Source of the DNA: Selaginella moellendorffii
Lineage: Eukaryota > Plantae > Lycopodiophyta
Reading direction: 5' to 3'
Assembly (NCBI RefSeq): GCF_000143415.4
Contig: NW_003314468.1
Location: forward strand, 1 to 56,476
DNA length: 56,476 nucleotides
The notes beneath the pieces are model-generated. The model was not told the DNA's origin, did not search any database, and saw nothing but the letters and a program-made list of their open reading frames with translations. A program made the translations under genes and the position numbers. This document shows, piece after piece, positions 35,382 through 48,756 of this stretch. How positions within the stretch are numbered: position 1 is the first letter of the stretch; each line of letters begins with the position of its first letter.

Positions 35382-36792
35382 ACGATAAAAGGCTTTCAAT
35401 GGCACTCGCCATTTAAGAACATGCATTCAACCCAAAACTTTAGCCAAAGTGACTCAACTTTAGAACAAATAAATATTGAGCACCAAATTTAATGAAAGAC
35501 TTTGCTAATGAAAGAAAGTAAAATTTTTAACTTCATGCATATATTTAATATCTAAATTAGTATAAAGAGGATATAAAACACTCAATTGAACACTAAATTA
35601 AGAATGAAGAAGATATAAAACATTCAACTCAACACTAGATTGAGAATGAGAATGATAAAAGTCACAAATGATCCATGTGCTATGAAAAAGAAACATTACA
35701 AATGAGGAAGAAATATCATAAATAAAAGAAGGTGGTTCAAATAAAAAAATAAATAAAAATTTGGAAAGAACAAAAGGTAAAGAAAAATGATCAAATAAGA
35801 GATTAAAGGATTGACACTTATCTCGCAAAATCTCAAAACAATCTAGAATTCACTCAAGCTCATACTTATAAACTAGATCTTTGAACATTTGTTAAAAACT
35901 AGATTACATCATCTATGATTCACCAATTGATATCACAATCATGTTTCATATCAATGAGAGATGGCATAATACCAAGAATAGAATAAATTATATAATCACC
36001 CATAAAATTTTGAGATAGCAACACACCAAGAACACCAATATAATTATACCCTATAACACTAAAGGTTTGATCCAATGGAGTAACATTAACAATCTCAAAT
36101 AACATATTCCTTGACATGGCATAGTAGAAGAAGAAAAAAAATCAATAAAAATAAAAAGAAAGAGTAGATCTAAGCACAACTACAACTAGAGTTTTAGATC
36201 TGGCATAAAGCTAATAAAAATCTAGTTTTAAAAAAGAATGAAAAAGTAAAAAAAAAAGAACAATATCCTAAACACTAGATCAAATATATTTTAAATACTA
36301 GATTACAAAAAAAAATTGCCTTTCCTCACCTTTACCAATGTGAGTGTTCAAGATATAAGAATAGGTATTATATACAAAAATGGATGAACTAATTTAGTCC
36401 TAAATGGATGGTATAGTATTATAATTAATGCATACATACATTTACAAACTTTACAATTGTAAATTAACATAAATAACAACAAAATAATAACATAAAAAAT
36501 AACAACAATATATTCTTTTTCTATATATGTATAGTGAACCTAAGTTTAAGCCTCCAGGTGCACCCTCATATCCCAGGAGAAGAATTCTTGTTCGACTCTT
36601 TCTTCCTGAGCTTGAGAATGGCCAGGATTTGGATACCTCTGAGCATTGGAAATAGCAACACTCCACCACTACCATCAAAAGCCCTTGAAACACTGTTCGA
36701 TACTTTAGGTTCGAGACAGGAGTAGAGCAAAACGGGGATAGCTCTGTTTGTGAAAATGGTAAAAGCTTTTTGCATTTTCATCTTCCTGTTAA

Positions 36793-36856
36793 GGGGATGT
36801 AGCTTAGATGGTAGAGTGCTCGCTTAGCATGTGAGAGGCAATACCCAGCATCTCCA
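36793..36856 (+). pseudogene. trnA-AGC: tRNA-Ala(AGC) pseudogene
   Basis: GGGGATGTAGCTTAGATGGTAGAGTGCTCGCTTAGCATGTGAGAGGCA-ATACCCAGCATCTCCA: plant tRNA-Ala(AGC) with ~9 nt of the T arm deleted and C>T changes. Confidence 0.85.
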
Positions 36857-38329
36857 AATCTTTTCGCCTTCGTGGACTTCGCGATTCCAAGAATGGAAAC
36901 TGGTCAATAAATAAATGACAATCCGAAAGGCACAAGTGTGCCTATCCCATCGCTAGCAGAAAATCTCGTCCCTCCTTAACACGATCCACCAAAACCTCCA
37001 CTCAGATCTCGCTGCTCACCACCAGCGTCATCTTTCCTCCTGCACATGCGAGACCCTCAACGTTTAAGTGTTTGAGTGGCGACTTTCCAACATTCCATTG
37101 TTCCATGGCAATGCGAGGTGGATGGAAACCAACACCATTGCCTGCCGTGAACAGAAACTCCGGCAGCGTAAACGAGGCCCGCGCGTTGGGAAGTATAAAA
37201 CTGGATGTTTGGTAAGAGCACACGAAAAAGCACTTTGAGCAAAAAAGATTTAAGCCCACTGTTTATAAGCAGGTTTTCAGTTGGAATTTCCAGATCTGGA
37301 GGCTTCGTTTGTGATGGCGATGGTTTCTGGTAGATTATGTGCTCGCATCTCCGAAATGCGTAGGCCGGGCTCAAGTCCACTCTCGTTGTGCACTGCCAGC
37401 GATCTTTTCCCTTCCTCCTACTCGCACCAGAGGAGCCGGTCAAATGTCGGCGATCGTGTCGCGAGGGAAAGCACGTAGCTGGAATCTCTGAAAAAAGTCA
37501 AGAGCAATCCAAGGTGACCACACTCTCAAGCTTCTAACTCAAGCTTTCTTCATCGATTTCGTGCTGTCCTTGATGGCAGGAGATCTTGATGGCAGGAGAT
37601 CCATGTCTGGTCAGGTGGATTCTCCAGATGTGCGACCTCTGCGCCTCGCAAGCGGTGACCACGGACAAAGTCACTCGCATGCTCTCCATTTTCAAGCAAA
37701 AGGTCTTCTTCATGCAGGCTGTGATGCTTGTATTTGGAGCATTTCTGCTCATCAGAAGCGGTGGATGTCGCACAGGAGGTTCGCACGTATCCAAGGCATT
37801 CTTCGTGGGACGAGTGCCAAAAGAGTAAGTGGACAGTGTGCGGTGTTGGGAGATTGCTATCAGCGCTGGTGCGTTTGGAAACAACCCGTACGAGATCTTG
37901 GTTTCGCTTCACAACTTCACCTGGTTGGACCTTGGACGAGACCATCAATTTGTAAGCGCTACGTTCCTCAAGAAAAATCTCTACGAGTATATGGATAAGC
38001 TGCATCCTTTTACTCAAGAAAGGATGAAATGTGTACTGATTGCTAAGTAGATGCCAAGAGCTTAAAGAGACCTTAAAAGACAGCTAATTGGAGCATCCAA
38101 TTTGCAAGTTTTATCCGTGGAGGTGTCGCTGAAATCGATCGCGATCGCTGGAAGCGCAGAGAAGAGATTGATCGCGTCAAGAGATCAATTCACATTGTGG
38201 CCAGTCATCCGCAAGAACAGGGTTTTCACGTCAATTCACGAATTTGCCCAGGAAGGGCATCTTTCGGAGAAAGGAATCGGATAGACCCAGAATGGGCTAT
38301 TCGGGCAAACGTCCACGTGTAAACATGGA

Positions 38330-40195
38330 TGAAAAGAAAACGAGTTCATGAGCGTGCCTTGGTACCTATAGTTTCATAGAAAAACATTTTTTTTTTTTTT
38401 TTAAAAAAGTGTTTACTTCATTGGATGAATGGAAAGAAACAAAAGCTTCATTCCCAGATGCATCTCTCCAGATATGACAGACATGACGAAGTAGTAGCAA
38501 AAGATTGCAAATGGGGTAGTTCCTAGCAAGTCTGAAAGCAAGGAAACAATTCAGGTCTAGAGATCGCATCAACAGAAAGTACCCCCAGCACTGTCAAGCT
38601 GAATAAAGACTTGGTTCAGAAACGGAAAAGCTGGAGGATTGACAAGCATGAAAACAAGGATGTGGAGAAGCCAAATTATAGACAAAGCCAATCTGCAACA
38701 AGAAAAACAAAAGAAGAAGTGAATATCTTTGTCAAGCCTTCAGAGTCTATTTCTTACCCGAGAATGCCAAAAACAAGCTTGGCTAAGTAGAAAAGAACTG
38801 TAAGAGCCCAGGATGTGTCTTCCTGAGAGAAACTCCAGCAATGAAATAACATAAATGGGAAACTAGAGATACCTTCTCTCCCTGCATTCAGAGCTTGAAC
38901 ATCATCTTCCAAAAAGACAAGCTCCTGAATCGAGCTACACATATGCATTTGTCAACACGATCATGTCCACCACTTTTGTTTTGCTTTCTTTTTTTCCTGT
39001 GTGCAGTGGAGCTGACCTGCTGGACTTTCTTCACATTTTTCCGAAGCTTTCGTCCTTTCTTCCCACCTCTTTCTTCGCGTTGGAGACCCAAAGTCACCTT
39101 TTTTAGCACGTTGGAGCTCTTGGCTAAGTCAGTCGCCTCCTGCAAAGCCATCACCTTGAAGAGATTAGTTGCAAGAAACGTAAAAAGAACTGAAGCACAT
39201 ACTATTCAGCACGAGTAATAACACACTTGGGCCTATTCTTGAATGCAAATATGAGGCTCAGTGGTAATGTTGCGATTCGAACACCTCCGAACATCTGCAG
39301 GAAGGAAATCACATGTTCTAGAAAACAAAACGACATTACCGTGAAGAGTATTGATAATGCGATCACGTACGTCGGGAACACACACAGACCACGTAGTTTT
39401 AACCAGAGATCCAGACGTATAAGCTGCACACTATTATAAAACATTGCCAGACAAATGAAGAAAGGGAAAATGTAGAAGAAAAGGCTTACCATGAGAGTAA
39501 CATTTGAAGACAATGAGAAACAAGCACGGAGCCTTTGCATTGAGTGAGCTAAAATCATTGGTGAACGCCAACGTCCTGGACGTTTCACGGTGAAATCAGC
39601 ATAGCTGATCACAGCTTCAAGCAATCACGTAGAAAAAAACGAAAGATAGAAAAGAGCTTCTTACCTTAGAGAATTCCCAAGAGGAGGCAGAAGACTGTGA
39701 GGAGTATCACCACCCACAAGAGGGCGTTCTTTACCCTTTGTGTCACAGTCCTGGAAATCACCAAGAACAAAGAAAGCTTTTGAGATCATGGAGGAATAGA
39801 AAGAACTTAAGAAACTCTAGGGGGAGCTCGGTCGACCAAGTGTTCTGGAAGATTACTTCTCCTGGTCGCTCTCGTAGAAGAAGATCGCGAAAGGGAATGA
39901 CGAGATAGACGAGCACAGTGTCGATGATGTAAACCACCCACCATAGCTGCTTCATCGGGAGAGTGAGCTTACACACCCCGACGTAGAGATTCTTCTCGCA
40001 GGAATGGCGATTCACGGCGTCCGCCGGGAGCATCAGGATCGAGAGTTGGGCAATGCTGAGCTCAATCACGACGATGATCTTGGGAAGATAGGCCTGACTC
40101 GAGTCATCCGGATGCTGGTACCTGATGAGAATGTAGATATTGATCGCGAAGACGAGCAGCGTGAGGAGCACCACGATCACCAGCAGCACTACATT
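38330..40195 (-). pseudogene. LIMR/LMBR1-like, copy 3 (includes N-terminal TM region)
   Basis: LLVIVVLLTLLVFAINIYILIRYQHPDDSSQAYLPK... through HPMK|YQGTLMNSF. Frameshifts and deletions. Confidence 0.85.
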
Positions 40196-40922
40196 CTACT
40201 CTTGCGGATCAGATTTTGAACACAATAACGTCTGGTGAAGCTGATAGTCTGGATAATCTCGAGGTAGCAGTCTTACGTTTTATTTGATACACGCACACTT
40301 TTAACGCTCTTTTCCCGTGCCAGCATTTTGAGGGTCTCTGTGACATCCTTGGCTCGGGAGCAACGAAGCATCAAGGCCTGTCGTTCCTAGCAAGGTACTC
40401 ACTTTATACAGTTGCGAAACTATCCGGAGCTCACTTCTAACTTCACACAGGTACAAAAGCTTTAAGGCAGCGCTGCAAAACATCAGAGATCTGCGTCGTA
40501 GGGAGGCTTCCTACACCGAAAACCTCGCTGCGCGAGGCAGAGCAGCGGTGACTTCTCTTCTCCAGGTTACCAATCCGTTCGGAACTTCTTCTTGCTCGCT
40601 AAAACCCCGGCTTGCAGCTTCTAAAATCTGGAACCTTTCCACGTAAATTCTGGCTGTCCTTGCTCCAAGAATCGGTATGGAGCTGTTCTCACATCTCGTT
40701 TACACTCTAAACTTTCGATCCATCAGGTGGAGCTGCTGGAATGGCCGGAGCAAGTGCTGGTTAGCGAGTCCAAAACAAACACTCTACTCTGCTGCCTCCA
40801 GGAACTCTTCCTCGCCAGGGACCGGCGAGAACGACATCCTAAGCACCGCAGAGCCTGGCGCTGTGGATCGCCTGAGATTGGCGCTGGCATCCAACTTGGG
40901 CCGTGCCAACTTGCAAAGCTGA
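40196..40922 (+). pseudogene. NUP85: Nup85 C-terminal fragment fused to the LMBR1 5' end
   Basis: Near-identical to 7937-8639. Confidence 0.85.
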
Positions 40923-41861
40923 TCGTTTCTTCGATGTCAAACGAAGGTAGGATTTCTTCTTGAACTGTACAATGTAAGAACTTCGCTAAAAGTCAATATT
41001 TAGTCAACATAGTCTTCTGTCATTGAAAATGTTAGCTTTTCATTGTTTTTCATACTTGAACTCAGCAATTAATCGATACACATGTACGGCTACGTTGATT
41101 TGTTAGTCACCCTCAAAACCCAGCACTACTGCAGCAGCGTCGTCCCTTCGTACTCTGCTGGGAACAGATGCCCGCAACGCCTCCCTAGTCTCGGGCACCC
41201 AAAGCATCTCACGCCTGCCTTGGATGGATACAAGTCGGGCTCCCCAATCTCGGACAAGCCCAATCAAGCTTTTGCTACTCTCCGACGTTCGCGGCCACCA
41301 TCAATTCTCCGAGGGTTTTGAAAGCTTAAACTTTCTTAAAGTTGAATGAACTCTCTGAGACGATGTGAAAGTTGACTTAGTGTTGACTTAGTGGACCTGT
41401 GGTTTTCCACAAGCACTGGTTCCTTTGCAACGCGATGCGGTTCCAGCGACCGGCTGGGGCAAAGTCGTCTACGCGAGGAGAGGAGAGCAGTTTATCATGC
41501 CCTAAAAGTATATGCGTAAAGAATATGAAACGATTATCTGATTTTTTTCAAAGTCATGGTCAAGCTAGACTACTGGACCGAAGGAGGCTTGGCGTTTTCT
41601 GTTTGGTGTAAATGCGTTTCCTGCACCGAAATCGCTTTCTGCACTAAACTAATCTTTCAGAACTCTCAATGCACATAATCAGCTTTTGTTTTTTAACCGG
41701 TATGCATTTTTGGAGGTATATGTATGACGAAGTCATGCAGTGATGAGTAAAGCTATACTTTCATTTTTGTTAACCATGTTTTCTGCACTAAACTAACTCA
41801 TTTAGCCCATTATAAAAATGAGTATGGAGTATGTACATACCTCTTCTGAAGGTGAATTGCA

Positions 41862-42859
41862 ATGGCAACCATGGTGACAATGCTGGGAGCCTTCGGTTCA
41901 TTGAAGGAGATTGGTGACATTGTGGCGAATTTTGATTTCAGCAAGGTAAAGTGGAACCTGTCTTGCCCAAAGCAGTGTTTAACTCCTTGTGGAATGCTCC
42001 AGATTGATGTGCGTTCCAAGAGTTCTGAGGATTACCTCCACACCAACCTGGCACCATCGTTTGGGACATTGAATCCAGAAACAGTGAAGAAGATGGATGA
42101 GGTTCTCAAGGTTTGCATCTCGGGAACTACCACTCTTCTCGCCAAAGTGCCACCAGAAGAGCGAACTTGGGAGAAGGTCAACTCCATGTTCATGCAAAAT
42201 CCCTTGGGCGATGGGGTTAGCAGAGCTGACAAGTTTCTCAACAAAAGCTGCGATTTCAAGTTTGACGGGTCACCAGACCCAGCTACTGTGAAAGCGGTAA
42301 TAGAGTCATGTATTATGGAAGAGCTCTATTAACCTTTGCGGCCTTCTCTCGTCACAGGTTCAGGTCTGGTTTGTGAATCTCATTGCAGATGAGGACGTCC
42401 TGAAATCAACCAAGATCGACATTAAAGTTGTTGGGGAAATTGTTGCTCAGTCAGGGGCGACCATTACCAGCTTTGAAAATTTCTTTGCCAAGCATGAGCA
42501 CCACGAGAAGACCATAATTGACATCGGTACCCTGATATGCAAAACCCGTACTTCAAGGTTTGTGCCCAGGCTGCCCTTTGTATTTCAGTCACAGCTCATG
42601 CTTATGAGTACAGGTGTACCGCATCAAACTCTTTGCTTGGTCTGATAGCAACCATATTGTGTTCCATCAGGAGGATTCCAATGGCATCATTGGAGGTGAG
42701 GTGTCTAATGTAAACCACTGAAGACTACACGCTCCTTTTGTTCTATTTGCAGAGTTCACCTTCCGTAAGTTTAAGCCGTGCAAGGAGGTCATTGACAAGA
42801 TAAACCCAGATGCCAAAAAGAAGGCTGTGGAAGCTGCAGATGACATCTTTGGTTTCTAA
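41862..42859 (+). pseudogene. Protein X, copy 2 (10-bp frameshifting deletion ~42528)
   Basis: gacatcggtaccct here versus gacatcggggtcttaaggtaccct in copy 4. Confidence 0.75.
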
Positions 42860-44135
42860 TATCCAGACTGTGTCAATTGAGCCAAGATGTCCCCTACTTC
42901 AAGCTAAAACACCTTTCTAAATAATAATCAAGTCATAGCCCCTCGTGACCTAGATGCTTTGGATTCCTAGTACTTTTGTCAATGTAGCAAATTTTTGCCT
43001 TCCACTGGAACATTGAAAGGTGATGATAAGTTTATCTATCTATCTATATACTGTTTATAGTCTTGTGGTGCCCATCAAGAAGCATAAGTATTCTTTGTGA
43101 TATATTAATAAAACGAAACAGGACAGTTTGCCATGTGAAGATCATTATCATTGTCTCGTTGGTCTTTGTAGATTCGTTGCACTCAAGGTTACCACAAGTG
43201 AGCCAGGGACACCCTCAATCAGCTCTAAGCCGAGTTGATGGCTTAGTCGTGCGGCTGTGAGTGCCATTTGGCTCTCCATCTTGCTGGATTTTCCCATCCT
43301 GTCGCTTTGATGCAAACGACCCCAGGAACACTGTCGCAATAATATTGTAGAGCAACAAGGTGTCTCAGACAAGGGAATATCTAATTGGATTTTGACAAGG
43401 AACAGAACTTCGAAAATAGAACTTTAGAGAATGCTACTTGGAACAAGGCAAAGGGAGGCCCACAAAACCGTCGAGCTTTTCCTCCTCCTGTAACTCACGA
43501 ACTTTGTCACGAGCACATTGTAAGTTTTCTTTTGCAAATGCTTACGTACTGACCAGTAGGCGTGACATCTCCTGCTATAGGGTCGAGTTTTTAGGATCCT
43601 AGAAATCTAGGACAAGACGATCAAGATACAGTTGTAAATGTTTTAAATTAATAAGCTAAATGCGCGAATCTCTCCAAAACAGCAACTTCACTTTGGTCTT
43701 TTCTTAGTTTCTTGTCCAGCTGAGAACAGAGGTTTGTCTAGCTCAAGCATGAGTTTCTAAATGAATACGTGACATGGTTGAATTATAGAGCTTAAACATT
43801 AAGCAAATAGTTTGACCTTGACCATGACCTTTTCAAAAGTCAATATTAGTCAAATTTATTACATAATCAACGGCTACTTTGATTTTCTTCCTCTCGCAGC
43901 AAGGTGGTCCCTTCGTACTCGGTGCTCGCTCCCTCCTCGCCTGCCAAATACCTCCCAATCTCAAGGCTGGTGCCAAACTCGTTGCAGGAGAACGCAATAA
44001 CAGCTTTCCATGCTAGGCAGGAGCGTTCACTTCCACTGGCCACGCCTTCTGAAGATCAATCCTAGCCAAGCCTCGCCATAACTCATATTGCAGTGGAGTA
44101 GAAGATGGAGGGTGTTTCTGTCCTGCGTCTATACA

Positions 44136-44382
44136 AATACATCATTGTTTTCATGCTAGTCAATCCTCCAGCTTTTCCGTTTCTGAACCAAGCCTTTATT
44201 CAGCTCGACAGTGCTTGGGGTACTTGCTGTCGATGCGATCTCTATATTTGAATTGTTTCCTTCCTTCCAGGCTTGCTAGGAACCACCGGAATCTTTTGCT
44301 ACTACCTCGTCATGTCTGTCATATCTGGAGAGATGCATCTGGGAATGAGGCTTCTGTTTCTTTCCATTCATCCAATGAAGTA
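44136..44382 (+). pseudogene. Inverted LMBR1-like fragment
   Basis: Reverse complement of ~3918-4165 ([10 protein letters not shown]...FLSIHPMK). Confidence 0.8.
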
Positions 44383-44816
44383 TATTTTGCTTGATCCCAG
44401 ATTCGCTGGAACTGCATTGCCATCGCGTCGAAGTACTCCTCCCCGGCCACCAAGGAACCAAGCAAGTGGAAAACCGCCCAGCCTCATTCGTGACATCGAA
44501 GAACTCATCCATGTAGGAAGGAGGGGGGACACGACGTCGAGACGTCGAAGTCGGATAGGAAAGCTTTCACGTCGTCGTCGGGCCCAGACAATATACAGCG
44601 AGCAGGCTTTCAGGATCTCCTCGGTGCCTGGAAGAGATATCAATGCTCATTCTGATCAAGAAGAAATCACGAGGGGCTGCTGGCTGCTGGCTGGATGGCC
44701 GTCCCCGTCAGCAGGGCAACAAGGCGGGAGGGCTTGTACGGAAGATGTTCCCTCCACCAAGAGGAGACAAGATCAAGCTTGTCTGCCCTTTCCTCAACGT
44801 AGGGCGGAAGGGGAGA

Positions 44817-45525
44817 GGCCAAATTATAGACAAAGACAAGCTGCAACGAGAAAAATAAAAGAAGAAGTGAATATCTTTGTCAAGCCTTCGGAGTCTATTT
44901 CTTACATGAGAATGCCAAAAACAAGCTTGTCTAAGTAGAAAAGAACTGTAAGAGCCCAGGATGTGTCTTCCTGAGAAAAACTCCAGCAATGAAATAACAT
45001 AAATGGGAAACTAGAGATACCTTCTCTCCCTGCATTCAGAGCTTGAACATCATCTTCCAAAAAGACAAGCTCCTGAATCGAGCTACACATATGCATTTGT
45101 CAACACGATCATGTCCACCACTTTTGTTTTGCTTTCTTTTTTTTCTGTGCGCAGTGGAGCTGACCTGCTGGACTTTCTTCACATTTTTCTGAAGCTTTCG
45201 TCCTTTCTTCCCACCTCTTTCTTCGCGTTAGAGACCCAAAGTCACCATTTTTAGCTCGTTGGAGCGCTTGGCTAAGTCAGTCGCCTCCTGCAAAGCCATC
45301 ACCTTGAAGAGATTAGTTGCAAGAAACGTAAAAGGAATTGAAGCACATACCTTTACGTATTGAGCACGAGTAATAACACACTTGGGGCCTATTCTTGAAC
45401 GCAAATATGAGGTTCAGTGGTAATGTTGCGATTCCAACACCTCCAAACATCTGCAGGAAGGAAATCACATGTTCTAGAAAACAAAACATAAAACGACATT
45501 ACCGTGATCCTATTATTGTGTTTAA
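44817..45525 (-). pseudogene. LMBR1-like internal fragment
   Basis: Homologous to 38670-39345. Confidence 0.8.
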
Positions 45526-46058
45526 TGCCTGTCGTTCCTAGCAAGGTACTCACTTTATACAGTTGCGAAACTATCCGGAGCTCACTTCCAACTTCACGCA
45601 GGTACAAAAGCTTTAAGGCAGCGCTGCAAAACATCAGAGATCTGCGTTGTAGGGAGGCTTCCTACACCCGAACGGATTGGTAACCTGGAGAAGAGAAGTC
45701 ACCGCTGCTCTGCCAAGTGCAGCGAGGTTTTCGTAAAACCCCGGCTTGCAGCTTCTAAAATCTGGAACCTTTCCACGTAAATTCTGGCTGTCCTTGCTCC
45801 AAGAATCGGTATGGAGCTGTTCTCACATCTCGTTTACACTCTAAACTTCCGATCGATCAGGTGGAGCTGCTGGAATGGCCGGAGCAAGTGCTGGTTAGCG
45901 AGTCCGAAACAAACACTCTACTCTGCTGCCTCCAGGAACTCTTCCTCGCCAGGGACCGCCTAGAGAACGACATCCTAGGCACCGCAGAGCCTGGCGCTGT
46001 GGATCGCCTGAGATTGGCGCTGGCATCCAACTTGGGCCGTGCCATCTTGCAAAGCTGA
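45526..46058 (+). pseudogene. NUP85: Nup85 C-terminal fragment with micro-inversion
   Basis: Homologous to 8118-8639; 45668-45733 is inverted. Confidence 0.8.
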
Positions 46059-46682
46059 TCGTTTCTACGAAGGTAGGATTTCTTCTTGAACTGTACAATT
46101 CAGAAGCGTGAGTCTAATTAAGCAAGTAGTTTGACCGTAGAACTTCGCTAAAAGTCAACTTTTAGTCAACAGAGTCTTCAGTTATTGGAAGTGTTAGCTT
46201 TTCATTGATTTTCATACTTGAACTCAGCAATTAATCTATACATATATACGGCTACATTGATTTGTTAGTCACCCTCAAAACCCAGCACTAATGTCGGGTT
46301 TTTAAAGCTTAAGCTGTTTTTTAAGTTGAATAATTTATCATGCCTTAAAAGCATATGAAACAATTGTCTGCATGGCAGCATTGGGTCAAAAGCTAAACTA
46401 CTGCACCAAAGGAGGTTTGGTGTTTTCTACTATGTTAGGCATTAAGTCAGGATAATAGAATAAAGAAATGGCATTACACACCCCTTTACTCAGTTGGGTT
46501 TAAGGTAGGATTGTAACATTAATATTGGAGCTTAATTCAATTTTTTATGGCTAACAAGTGGGGCTCTGAAATAATATTTAACATGGTGGATCTAAAGGAA
46601 GAAGCAAAGTCTAATAGATCCTAAAAAAAGGTGACAGGAGGGTGATTCTTCTTCTAGTGTACACTTCTGAAAGTGAATTGCA

Positions 46683-47657
46683 ATGGCAACCATGGCGACA
46701 ATGCAGGGAGCCTTTGGTTCATTGAAGGAGATTGGTGACATTGTGGCGAATTTTGATTTCAGCAAGGTAAAGTGGAACCTGTCTTGCCCAAAGCAGTGCT
46801 TAACTCCTTGTGGAATGCTCCAGAGTGATGTGCGTTCCAAGAGTTCTGAGGATTACCTCCACACCAACCTGGCACCATCGTTTGGGGCATTGAATGCAGA
46901 AACAGTGAAGAAGATGGATGAGGTTCTCAAGGTTTGCATCTCGGGAACCACCACTCTTCTCGCCAAAGTGCCACCAGAAGAGCGAACTTGGGAGAAGGTC
47001 AACTCCATGTTCATGCAAAATCCCTTGGTTGAGCCAATGGGCGATGGGGTTAACAGAGCTGACAAGTTTCTCAACAAACTCACAAAGGATCACATTTTTT
47101 ATGGAGTTATTGTGAAAGCAGTAATAGAAGTTATATATTATAGAAGAGCTCTATTAACCTTTGCTGCCTTCTCTCGTCACAGCTTCAGACCTGGTTTGTG
47201 AATCTGATTGCAGATGAGGACGTCCTGAAATCAACCAAGATCGACATAAGTTCTTTGGGAAATTCTTGCTCAGTCTGCCAAGCATGAGCACCACGAGAAG
47301 ACCATAGTTGACATCGTGGTCTTAAGGTACCCTAATATGCAAAACGTACTTCAAGGTTTGTGCCCAGGCTGCCCTTTGTATTTCAGTCACAGCTCATGCT
47401 TATGAGTACAGGTGTACCGCATCAAACTCTTTGCTTGGTCTGATAGCAACCGTATTCTGTTCCATCAGGAGGATTCCAATGGCATCACTGGAGGTGAGGT
47501 GTCTAATGTAAACCACTGAAAACTGCACGGTCCTTTTGTTCTATTTGCAGAGTTCACCTTCCGTAAGTTTAAGCCACGCAAGGAGGTCATTGACAAGATG
47601 AACCCAGACGCCAAAAAGAAGGCTGTGGAAGCTGCAGATAACATATTTGGTTTCTAA
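46683..47657 (+). pseudogene. Protein X, copy 3 (frameshifting deletions ~47247 and ~47345)
   Basis: Intact N-terminus MATMATMQGAFGSLKEIGD; gacataagttc here versus gacattgaagttc in copy 1. Confidence 0.75.
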
Positions 47658-48756
47658 TATCCAGGCTGTGTCAATTGAGCCAAGATGCCCCCTGCTTCAA
47701 GCTAAAACATATTTCTAAATAATAATCAAGTCATATCCCCTCATGACTTTCATTTACTTGAAAATAACAGTCTTTATATTTTTTAACCTCAATTTCTGAA
47801 AAAAAACGTTCAGGGAAACAACACAAACTACAATAAAAGTAATAAATATCTAAAACCTAGATGCTTTGAAGTACTTTTGTCAATGTAGCAAATTTTTGCC
47901 TTCCACTGGAACATTGAAAGGTGATGATAAGTTTATCTATCTATCTATATACTGTTTATAGTCTTGTGGTGCCCATCAAGAAGCATAAGTATTCTTTGTG
48001 ATATATTAATAAAACAAAACAAGAGACATTATCATTATCCTGTTGGTCTCTGTAAATTCTTCGCGCTCAAGGTAAGTTACCACAAGTTAGCCAGGGACAC
48101 GCTCAATCAGCTCTAAGCCGAGTTGATGGCTCGGCTGTGAGTGCCATTTGGCTCTCTATCTAGTGCCGGATTTTCCCATCCTATTGCTTTGATGCAAATG
48201 ACCCCAGGAACACTGTGGCAATAATATTGTAGAGCAACAAGGTCTCTCAGACAAGGTAATATTTAAATTGACTTTGACAAGGAACAAAACTTCGAGAATA
48301 GAACTTCAGAGAATGCTACTGGGCGTTTTTGTTGCAAACGACTTGGCACAGTGCAGCCAGTGCTGATGGAACAAAGGCAAACCGTTGAGCTTTTCCTCCT
48401 GTAACTCACGAACTTTGTCGTGAGCATATTGTAAGTTTCCTTTGGCAAATGCCTACGTACTGATCAGTTGTTTCAGGCTATTTCGGCAGCACATCACAGG
48501 TGTGACATCTCCTGCTATGGTCCTAGAGATCTACTCCGGGAGTAGATTTCTCGCTTGTTCAAGACGATCCAGATGTTAAGACAGTTGTAAATTTTTAGAT
48601 TAATTGTTCCTAGTGTTCCTCTAACATGGTGCTGTTTGGGTTTGAAATCTGGTAAGCTAAATGCGCAGGCCATGCATTTTGTAGAATGTATCCAATCTTT
48701 CCAAAACAGCAACTTCCCTTTTTTCTTTTCTTACTTTCTTGTCCAGCTGAGAACAC

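Noticed and set aside
44273-44938. 221-aa ORF
   Set aside because: A patchwork of an LMBR1 exon, unrelated filler and antisense LMBR1 sequence.
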